44,827 bases of DNA from positions 1 through 44,827 of the IMG/VR virus record IMGVR_UViG_3300017747_002276, one strand, 5' to 3'. The stretch's first letter is position 1. Each line of letters opens with the position of its first letter. A program made the position numbers and the translations under genes. Origin of the DNA: a virus. Taxonomy: Duplodnaviria > Caudoviricetes. Under the pieces are notes generated by a model. It saw only the letters and a program-made list of their open reading frames with translations. It made no database searches and was not told the DNA's origin. This document shows, piece after piece, positions 16,402 to 24,379 of this stretch.

Positions 16402-16590
16402 GCGCTGGGGCTTCGGCCCCGCGCCTGTCCTCCAGGCAGAGGGCGGCCCACAGGCCCCGGTTCGCCGGATCGCCGCGGGGCCGCCCAGCCTGGAACCGGC
16501 ACGCCGAGAGGCCCGGTGACGGCGACCAAAGGTCGAAGCGGCCCCCGATTGGACACGGCCACGGAAACGGTCCAACCAATTTCGGAGTGT
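16402..16590 (+). ncRNA. Highly structured RNA leader / candidate ncRNA upstream of capsid
   Basis: Nested stems with two UUCG loops, GAGA and GAAA loops (detailed in findings). Confidence 0.6.
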
Positions 16591-16593
16591 GCC

Positions 16594-17475
16594 ATGACCA
16601 TCAATGCCGCAAATCTTGCAGCCCAAGAATTTGCCACCCGCACGGTGCTTCTGCTTCAGCAGACGCAATCGAAGCTGCGTGGCCTCGTCTCCACAGGCAC
16701 TCATGTCGGCGAACAGGCTTCGCCCGTCGATCAGCTCGGCTCAATCGAAATGATTGATCCGGCCGGCCGCTTCGCTCCGCTCGGTCGAGTGGATGCGTCG
16801 GTCGCTCGGCGCTGGGTGCTCCCCACGGATAAGGAGCTGCCGCAGTTGTTCGACAGCTTCGACCAGTTGCGCATCATCTCGGACCCGAAGTCGCAGTACG
16901 CTGCGAATGCGGCTGCCGCGGTTGCGCGCTTCTACGACCGCCTGATCATCGCTGCGGCGCTCGGGACTTCCGTCACTGGAAAGACCGGCACCGGCACCGA
17001 GGCGTTCGACACGACCAACTTCAGCGTCGCCGCGAACTTCGGCGCTGCCGCATCCACCGGCCTCACGGTCGCGAAGCTTATCGAAGCGAAGAAGAAAATG
17101 GAAGCCGCGTTCGTGGACATGGATGAGCCGCTGACGCTCGTCATCTCCGCGGCGCAGCACGCCAACCTCCTGAACGAGGCGCAAGTCACGTCGCGTGACT
17201 ACAACGATAAGCCGATCCTCGTGAACGGCCGCGTCGCCTACTTCATGGGCTTCAACATCGTCACGTCGGAATACCTGACGAAGGTTGGCAACGACCGCTA
17301 CAACTTCGCGTTCGCGAAATCGGGCCTCTACCTCGGCACCTGGGCTGATCTTCAGTCCGACGTGTCGATCCGCAAGGACTTGACCGGCCTCCCGTGGCAG
17401 CACTACGTGAAGGCGACGGCCGGCGCAACCCGCTTGGAGCAGGGCAAAGTTGTCCGCATTCTCGCCACCGAGTAA
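16594..17475 (+). CDS. Major capsid protein (Bbp17-like)
   Basis: 293 aa from MTINAA with GGAG RBS. LLLQQ.QSKLR, DPKS.Y, R..D..II.A, FMGF, GATRLE..KVV. Confidence 0.92.
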   Translation: MTINAANLAAQEFATRTVLLLQQTQSKLRGLVSTGTHVGEQASPVDQLGSIEMIDPAGRFAPLGRVDASVARRWVLPTDKELPQLFDSFDQLRIISDPKSQYAANAAAAVARFYDRLIIAAALGTSVTGKTGTGTEAFDTTNFSVAANFGAAASTGLTVAKLIEAKKKMEAAFVDMDEPLTLVISAAQHANLLNEAQVTSRDYNDKPILVNGRVAYFMGFNIVTSEYLTKVGNDRYNFAFAKSGLYLGTWADLQSDVSIRKDLTGLPWQHYVKATAGATRLEQGKVVRILATE

Positions 17476-17476
17476 T

Positions 17477-17520
17477 AGGGACTAACTGTCGCGTATCTCA
17501 GGTACGCGACAGTTCACCCT
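17477..17520 (+). other. Intergenic hairpin after capsid gene (processing/stabilising site or weak terminator)
   Basis: AACTGTCGCGTA(17484-17495)/TACGCGACAGTT(17503-17514) plus AGGG/CCCT. Confidence 0.7.
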
Positions 17521-17544
17521 TTGCCCAACAAATAGGAGACTACA

Positions 17545-18048
17545 ATGGCAACTGTGAAATCCACCCAAGTCACGAACCAGGACGCTTCGCCGCCCGTTCG
17601 TGAGCCCGCGCACCGCCTCGGCGCATTCCTTCGCCAGAGCCAGAGCGCTGCCGCGATCTCCGCGACGATCCCCTCGGGCGACATTGTTCACATGGTCCGC
17701 GTTCCCTCGGGCGCTCGCGTCCATGACGTGTTGGTCTCGGCCGCCGACGCAACGACTGCGCTCGCCGCCGACATTGGGCTCTATGTGAAGAACGCGGACG
17801 GCACCTACACGGTGGTCGATGCTGACTTCTTCGCCAGCGCCTTCGACTTCGCCGGTGGCCCCTTCAGCAACTTCAGCGTCGTTCGCGAGAGCCTTGTCTA
17901 CACCATCGCGAACAAGGAAAAGGCGCTGTGGGAAGCCCTGGGCCTCACGGTCGATCCCAACATCGAGTACACGATCTCGCTCACGATCACGACCACCGGC
18001 AACGGTGGCCCCGTGAGCATCGATCTGACGGCCGAATGGACGAAGTAA
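17545..18048 (+). CDS. Capsid cement/decoration protein (Bbp16-like position)
   Basis: Beta-rich 167 aa right after the capsid. VPSGARV..., DIGL, DADFFAS. RBS AGGAG. Confidence 0.7.
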   Translation: MATVKSTQVTNQDASPPVREPAHRLGAFLRQSQSAAAISATIPSGDIVHMVRVPSGARVHDVLVSAADATTALAADIGLYVKNADGTYTVVDADFFASAFDFAGGPFSNFSVVRESLVYTIANKEKALWEALGLTVDPNIEYTISLTITTTGNGGPVSIDLTAEWTK

Positions 18049-18161
18049 TCTGAACGCGCCGGCCGCTGGTTCCCCAGGCGTGGGGGACCGGGCCGGGTCA
18101 GGCGGGGGCGGCGCAGGCCTCGTAAAGCCGGCCGCCCCTACCGCCTTCAAAGGAGACTGTC

Positions 18162-18359
18162 ATGGCTTCTCGCTTCTATGGACTGAGCCGCGGTGAACCC
18201 GGCCAAACCTTCGTGACGGAAGCTGCGTCCACGACTTCCAAAAATCTGGAGATCGTCGTGAACCGCGCGTCGGGTTGGACAAAGAAAGACCTGAAGATTG
18301 CGCTCGACCGCATCTACGAGTACATTACGACTTCGCCGACCAACAACCTCGTGGAGTAA
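18162..18359 (+). CDS. Hypothetical virion-associated protein
   Basis: RBS AAGGAG, 65 aa. Confidence 0.7.
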   Translation: MASRFYGLSRGEPGQTFVTEAASTTSKNLEIVVNRASGWTKKDLKIALDRIYEYITTSPTNNLVE

Positions 18360-18386
18360 CCTGCGCGGTCGGCATAGGAGACCGCA

Positions 18387-19352
18387 ATGACCACGAAGCT
18401 CGCTATCTACAATCTCGCTCTCGGAAAGCTCGGCGTATCGGCCTCGGGCCGCATCTTGTCGTTGACCGAGAACAGCGCCGCGCGAGCCGCGCTCGACAAC
18501 GTGTACCACGCCCTCCGCCAACGCGAACTGCGCCGCAACTATTGGGCGTTCGCGACCACGCGCACTGTGCTACGCGTCGTAGCAGAAACGGACGTTTCCT
18601 ATGTACCTCTCGACTGGAACATACTCACGGCCTACGGCAACGGCGAAGTTGTTGGCCTCAGCGGGGAAACGTACATCGCTCTCGAAGGGAGCACGGGCGA
18701 AACTCCTGCGACCGCTACCATCGATGCGCCGTCCCAATACTGGGAAGTGTGGCGCGGCCCCCTGATCGCGTCAGAGTGGGACGACGAAACCTCCTACTTC
18801 CGCGGCGAAGTTGTCTGCATCGGCGGCGCTACATTCTTCTTGGCGAAGACGGCCACGACTGCCGGCGTAACTCCGGTGACGGGAGATGAGTGGCAGGAAA
18901 TCCAGGTAGCCACCACGGCCCCAACTATCTACCGCGCCCCTCTCCACGGCCGCCAGCACTCCTATGTGAAGCCGCGCGATCTTCTGCGCATTGCTCCACT
19001 CGATCCGAAACGTCCGCAGTGGTTTGACGATGCGCTTGTCGAGGGCAACCTCATAGTGACCAGCAACTCGGGACCCGTGATCGATCTGCGCTATATCCGC
19101 GACGAAGCCTACGCCTCGCGCTACGACGTGATGTTCAGCGATGCGCTGGCCTGTTGCATGGCGTCGGAGACCGCCGACGAGATCACGCAGTCTAACGTGA
19201 AGCACAATGTGCTCGACGCAAAGTACAAGACTGCCATTGCCGATGCTCGCCTAGTGAACGCCATAGAGGCGTACCAATCCATTGAGCCGACCGAGGATGA
19301 ATGGGTTACGTGCCGATCAGGTGGAGACTACGGGTTCGGCTACGTGCATTAG
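18387..19352 (+). CDS. Tail tubular protein A / adaptor (gp11-like) with two inserted CBM5/12-like repeats
   Basis: IYNLAL.KLG, LR...WAFA, P.D.LR, F.DALA..MA motifs. Insert WNILTAYGNGEVV.. and WDDETSYFRGEVV. Confidence 0.85.
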   Translation: MTTKLAIYNLALGKLGVSASGRILSLTENSAARAALDNVYHALRQRELRRNYWAFATTRTVLRVVAETDVSYVPLDWNILTAYGNGEVVGLSGETYIALEGSTGETPATATIDAPSQYWEVWRGPLIASEWDDETSYFRGEVVCIGGATFFLAKTATTAGVTPVTGDEWQEIQVATTAPTIYRAPLHGRQHSYVKPRDLLRIAPLDPKRPQWFDDALVEGNLIVTSNSGPVIDLRYIRDEAYASRYDVMFSDALACCMASETADEITQSNVKHNVLDAKYKTAIADARLVNAIEAYQSIEPTEDEWVTCRSGGDYGFGYVH

Positions 19353-19363
19353 TGGAGGACAAA

Positions 19364-22003
19364 ATGCCCAACGCTTCATTCATCCAAACCAGCTTTCTAG
19401 GCGGCGAATGGTCCAGCTACTCGCAGGGCCGCATGGACAGCGAGCGCTACAAGACGGCCATGAACCGCTGCCTCAACAGCTACGCTCTGGAGGAGGGCGC
19501 ATGGACGCGGCGCTCTGGCACCCGCTTGGTGGCGCACACCAAGGGCGGCAACGCGGCGCAAATTCTTGAGTTCGCGTTCTCTGTCTCTGCACCCTATCAG
19601 GTCGAGCTTGGCACATCGTACGCGCGCTTCTTCCTGGGCTCTGGCCCCGTGCTTGTCGGCGAAGTGGAGTTGACCTCCATCTCTACAGCGTCGCCGGCTG
19701 TGGTGACCACGGACAGCGCTCATGGCTGGGCTACTGGCGATCACGTAATGTTCCGCTTCAACGATACGCCCGGCACTACGCCCGGCAATGCGCCGCTGCT
19801 GCGCAATCGGCAGTTCGTGATCACGGTCACTGGTGCCAGCACGTTCACAATCGCGGACGCCATCTCCAACGCGGCCGTAGATGGCAGCTTGCTCGCGTTC
19901 GACAACAACGATGACAACACGTTCGTGAGCAAGATTTTCGAGGTCGTGACGCCATACACGACCACGACTTGGGCCAACACTCGCAAGCTGCAAAGCGAAG
20001 ACAGTGTCATCTATTTCAATCCTGGCTTCGCCCCGCAGGAAGTCACTGCAACCGGCGTAGCGCTTACGCCATTTGCGTGGGCCGCAAAGACGTTCATTGA
20101 TGGACCCTATCTCGATCACCCTGGCCCAACCGTCACGACCACGCTTGACCCGAGCGCCGTCAGTGGTTCCGTCACCCTTGTGGCGTCGGCCACCACTGGC
20201 ATCAACGATGGGCAAGGCTTCTTGGCGACCGACGTGGGCCGCCTGATCCGCCTGCTGTGGGAGCCCGCGGCCTGGAGTTCGGCCACGACGTATGCGGCCG
20301 GCGATCTGGTCAAGTACACCGATCAGTACTTCGTCGCGCTGACGGCTGTGCCGGCAACCGCGATCACCCCCGAGCGCGATGTGACCAAGTGGGCGTTCGC
20401 CACCGACGCGGCGCTGTGGACCTGGGGCACCATCACCGCACGCGCCAGCACGACCAGCGTCACCTTCCGCATCGACGGCGACGCGCTGCCCGATCATACG
20501 CCGCGCGCCATGTGGCAGCTCGGCCTATTCAGCGACACGACTGGTTGGCCCAAGTTTGGAGCCTTCCACGACGGTCGCATGTGGCTCGGCGGCAGCGTCG
20601 TGAAGAACCGCATTGACAGCAGCAAGAGCAACTCTCTGCGCGGCTTCTTCGACTTTCAGCCGACGTTGCCTGATGGGACCGTGGCGGACGACAACGCCAT
20701 CTCGGCCGAGGCAAACTCGGAAGACCGCAACTCGGCAACGTGGATACTCACGGACGACGACGGCATCTACGTCGGGTCCGAAGGTGGCGAATGGCGCGGC
20801 CGTGCGAGCGCAAACAACGATCCTATTTCGCCGAGCAACTTCGACTTCCGCCGCGTGTCCAAGTACAAGTGCTTCGACGCCGAGGCCGTGCGCGTTCCCT
20901 CGAAGATGCTGTTCATTCAGCTCGCGAAGCGCAAGATCATGGAATGGGGATATGTGGGGCAACCCGGCTACAAGGCCGCGCACTTGTCCGTCACAGGGCG
21001 TCACCTGACGGCCTCGGGCCTCTTGGAGATCGTCTATCAGCCTGAGCCGGTGCCGATGGTGTGGGCGCGGCGCACTGACGGCATCCTGATCGGCGCAGCC
21101 TACAAGCGCGATGAAGAAGCCGGATACTACGCGGCGTGGCATGAAGTGAACCTGGGCTGGAGCACGAGCGACCGCTTGACCACGAGCATCAGCAACGGAG
21201 CTTCGCTTGGCGGCCTCAGTGAAGCGCTGTGGCAGATATCGAGTGGCAACGATCCGCAGTACGCCCGCGACGTATACTTCGTGGAAATCTTGTCGCCTAT
21301 CTTCGAGGATGACACCGAGAATTGGGCGCAGTGGTTCGTGGATAGCGGCGTCGTTCCGCAGGGCGTCACCATAGATGAGCCGCAGACGGAGGTCACGTTC
21401 TACGGCCTATGGCCCCTCCGCGGACAAACCGTCACCGTGTTTGTTGGCGGCATCGACTTCGGCGACTACCTCGTAGGGTCCAGCGGCCAAATCGTGGTGC
21501 CGTTCAGCACAACTACCGGCTTCACCCTGGCGCTGTTGCAGTCGATTGATGACCCGGCCATTTATGGCGCATCGGGCATAACCTTTGTGGACCTGGGCGG
21601 CGGCTGTCTTGATGGCGTGTGCCCCTACTACACGGTGCCCGCCGTGATCGGCGTCACCTTTGAGAGCCGCGGCCAACTCCTGCGCCCTGACTATGGCAAC
21701 GATGCTGGGGCCGCCAGTGGCCCCGCGTTCTCCAAGATACGCCGCGTTCACAAGTACTCCCTGCACGCCCACCGCACCCTGGGGCTAGATGTGGGCATCG
21801 ACTTCGACGCCAGCCTGCGCCCGGCCCCCATGAAGAATGCGGACGGCTCAGCGTTGGCCCTGGGGGAGTTGTATACTGGCATCATCCGTGGCAAGATGGA
21901 TGGCGGTTACGACACCGAAGGCAAAATAGCTTGGAGGCTCAATCGCCCATACGCCTGCACAATCACGGCAGTCGGCGGCTTCCTCTCAACACAGGACGAA
22001 TAA
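19364..22003 (+). CDS. Tail tubular protein B / nozzle (gp12-like)
   Basis: QTSF.GGE.S, G...RRSGT, GWP...FHDGRMW, AAWH, FVDSG. Start MPNASF with GGAGG RBS. Confidence 0.9.
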   Translation: MPNASFIQTSFLGGEWSSYSQGRMDSERYKTAMNRCLNSYALEEGAWTRRSGTRLVAHTKGGNAAQILEFAFSVSAPYQVELGTSYARFFLGSGPVLVGEVELTSISTASPAVVTTDSAHGWATGDHVMFRFNDTPGTTPGNAPLLRNRQFVITVTGASTFTIADAISNAAVDGSLLAFDNNDDNTFVSKIFEVVTPYTTTTWANTRKLQSEDSVIYFNPGFAPQEVTATGVALTPFAWAAKTFIDGPYLDHPGPTVTTTLDPSAVSGSVTLVASATTGINDGQGFLATDVGRLIRLLWEPAAWSSATTYAAGDLVKYTDQYFVALTAVPATAITPERDVTKWAFATDAALWTWGTITARASTTSVTFRIDGDALPDHTPRAMWQLGLFSDTTGWPKFGAFHDGRMWLGGSVVKNRIDSSKSNSLRGFFDFQPTLPDGTVADDNAISAEANSEDRNSATWILTDDDGIYVGSEGGEWRGRASANNDPISPSNFDFRRVSKYKCFDAEAVRVPSKMLFIQLAKRKIMEWGYVGQPGYKAAHLSVTGRHLTASGLLEIVYQPEPVPMVWARRTDGILIGAAYKRDEEAGYYAAWHEVNLGWSTSDRLTTSISNGASLGGLSEALWQISSGNDPQYARDVYFVEILSPIFEDDTENWAQWFVDSGVVPQGVTIDEPQTEVTFYGLWPLRGQTVTVFVGGIDFGDYLVGSSGQIVVPFSTTTGFTLALLQSIDDPAIYGASGITFVDLGGGCLDGVCPYYTVPAVIGVTFESRGQLLRPDYGNDAGAASGPAFSKIRRVHKYSLHAHRTLGLDVGIDFDASLRPAPMKNADGSALALGELYTGIIRGKMDGGYDTEGKIAWRLNRPYACTITAVGGFLSTQDE

Positions 22004-22004
22004 C

Positions 22005-22415
22005 ATGCTACTCGCGGGCGCAGCCATTGGTGCAATCGGCGGTTTGATCGGCGGCATCGGGAAAAAGAAAGCAGCAGCGGCTGCGGAGAAATCCGCGAAG
22101 GAGGCCGCTGCGTTGTCGCGTGCCGGCACCGAGATGGAGCTGTCGCGCATCGAGCGCGCGGGCTTCCAGGCGCAGGGCGCAATCCAAGCCGGCGCAGGAT
22201 CGTCGGGCCTCAAGACTTCGGGCTCAGCGCTCGCCATCCTGCGGAACAGCGCATCCAACATCGCGCTCGATCTTCAGTTGCGCAGGAACCAGGGCGAACA
22301 GACGGCGCGAGGCTACGAGGCTCAGGCTGCTGCGGCAAAGGCTGAAGGCTCCGGTGCCATCCTCGGCAGCGTTCTCAAGGGCGCATCAAGCATTCTGTCA
22401 AGCGGAGCATTCTAA
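22005..22415 (+). CDS. Internal virion (ejection) protein, gp14-like
   Basis: Gly/Ala-rich hydrophobic N-terminus, SSGL..SGSAL, position after the nozzle. Confidence 0.75.
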   Translation: MLLAGAAIGAIGGLIGGIGKKKAAAAAEKSAKEAAALSRAGTEMELSRIERAGFQAQGAIQAGAGSSGLKTSGSALAILRNSASNIALDLQLRRNQGEQTARGYEAQAAAAKAEGSGAILGSVLKGASSILSSGAF

Positions 22416-24379
22416 TGCCACAATTGACCCCCTATCAGTCCACGCAGGCTGCGCCGGTAAAGCCCAACACGTACGCGGGCGAAGGCAGCTTCGGGATGAA
22501 CATATCGCAGCCCATCGAGCAGTTCGGTGCAGCGCTGGTCGAGCGCGGCAAAGAGAACGAGGCCACGAAGGTCACGGCCGCCATGGCTGAGGCGCAGGCT
22601 GCGTTGACGGTCGCACAGGAGAAGGCGTTTCTGTCCGCGGACCCGAACGACGAAACAGTCGGACAGCGGTTTCTGGATACGGAGATGACGCCGCTGCTCG
22701 ACAAGATCGGCGAGAGCATCAGCTCGCGCTTCGGTCGCGTCATGTACGACAGAGCCCGCGCCGGGCTCGAAGCAAACTTCAAGGTCAACACGGCCGCGAA
22801 GCAAGCCAACCTCTCGGGCGTCGCCGAGGAGAAGAACTATAACACGACGAAGAACATGCTCTCCAACAGCGCCAAGCTGAACCCCGGCAACCTTGAACAG
22901 TCTCTAGCCTTGGCCGAGGATTATGAGATCGGCGTGCGCGTCCGCGGCGTTGTGGATCAGGCTACGCTGAAGACGCTCGGCAAAGACATGCGCCGCGAGA
23001 TCGCCATGGGCGCAGTCACCGGCATGGCGGACAAAGGTCAATTCGACGCCGCCGAGAACCTGCTCAACGGAACCAGCCTCGACGCGCACTTGGATGCCAG
23101 CGACAAGGAAACGCTCCAGGCGAACATCCGCACGGCCCGCGCCACGGCTGCGGCTGAGGCCAACGCTGCGGCTGCGCAGGCACGGCGCGATCAGGAAGCC
23201 ACGTTCGCCGCGGCGTCCAACGCGATCCTCAACAAACAGCCAGTGACGGACAAGGGGCTCGGCCTATACTCGGGCTTCTTCAAGGACGCGCAGGATTTGC
23301 CGGCTGAGACTGCCGAGCAGGTTGCCGCGAAGCGCGCCATGATCAACTACGGAAAGTCGCTGCTCGATGCGTCGAACGGTGACACCTGGAAGGAAGATCA
23401 GCCGACGCTCGGCGATCTGTGGAAGCGCGCGTACCTTGCGCCTGGAGACCCCGACAAGCTCACGGTCGCCGAAGTGCAGGCCGCCACGGGTAACCGCTTC
23501 ATCTCTCCTGCGACCGCCACGAACCTGTTCCAGGCGATCACCGGGGAAGACGATCCGACGAAGCGCGAGGCCGGCAAAGATATCGAGCAGTTCATCGATG
23601 GCTACACCACGACCATTTCACGCTCGGGTGGACCGCTGGGCGTCATCGACACGACTGGCAACCAGCGCCTGAAGGAGTTTGAGGAGCAGGCCCGCCAGAT
23701 ATTCCGCGACGGTCAAAACGCCAAGGTGCCGATGGAACAGATCAAGGAGCGCATCCGCAGCATCCTCCCGCGCTATCAGCGCTCGGGGCAGGAGATTGCG
23801 GACAGCTTGCAGGCGTGGCAGCTCAATCAGCCAATTGCCCCGCTGCCTCGCGTAGCGCCGCAACGCTGGATGCCCAATTCCCCAGTCGTGCGCGGGTTCC
23901 CGGAGAACCTGACGCAGGGAGCCGGCGTCGATCTTGGCCCCGATGCGGCCTTCGCGGCCGAGGGCCTCGCGGACATGATTGAGCCGCCCATAAACGATCC
24001 GACCGATCATGTGCAGAACCCGTTCGACTTCAACAAGTATCCGCCCGTGCAGAACGCGGATGGCTCCATGAGCCATATTATTACCAAGTCTTGGAGCTTC
24101 GCCGAGAAGGACCCCGTTACCGGCGAATTGGCAGATGTGCATGTGTTGCTGCCGACCATGATCGGCGGAAAGAAGTTGACAGATGATCAGGCAATCGACC
24201 ATTATCTGAACACTGGAGAATACTTCCGCAAGTTCAAGACGGCAAAGGCGGCTGCGGCGTTCGCGGACGCCCTTGAGCGGGAGATGCAACACATGAACAC
24301 TCAGCGCGGCACCCCCGCCGCGACGCGTGCTAAGTCGGGTGAAAGTCCCGGCGACTACCTCAAGAGGCTCGGGCTCTAA
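22415..24379 (+). CDS. Internal virion (ejection) protein, gp15-like
   Basis: 654 aa, helical, MPQLTPY start, TAATG coupling. Confidence 0.7.
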   Translation: MPQLTPYQSTQAAPVKPNTYAGEGSFGMNISQPIEQFGAALVERGKENEATKVTAAMAEAQAALTVAQEKAFLSADPNDETVGQRFLDTEMTPLLDKIGESISSRFGRVMYDRARAGLEANFKVNTAAKQANLSGVAEEKNYNTTKNMLSNSAKLNPGNLEQSLALAEDYEIGVRVRGVVDQATLKTLGKDMRREIAMGAVTGMADKGQFDAAENLLNGTSLDAHLDASDKETLQANIRTARATAAAEANAAAAQARRDQEATFAAASNAILNKQPVTDKGLGLYSGFFKDAQDLPAETAEQVAAKRAMINYGKSLLDASNGDTWKEDQPTLGDLWKRAYLAPGDPDKLTVAEVQAATGNRFISPATATNLFQAITGEDDPTKREAGKDIEQFIDGYTTTISRSGGPLGVIDTTGNQRLKEFEEQARQIFRDGQNAKVPMEQIKERIRSILPRYQRSGQEIADSLQAWQLNQPIAPLPRVAPQRWMPNSPVVRGFPENLTQGAGVDLGPDAAFAAEGLADMIEPPINDPTDHVQNPFDFNKYPPVQNADGSMSHIITKSWSFAEKDPVTGELADVHVLLPTMIGGKKLTDDQAIDHYLNTGEYFRKFKTAKAAAAFADALEREMQHMNTQRGTPAATRAKSGESPGDYLKRLGL

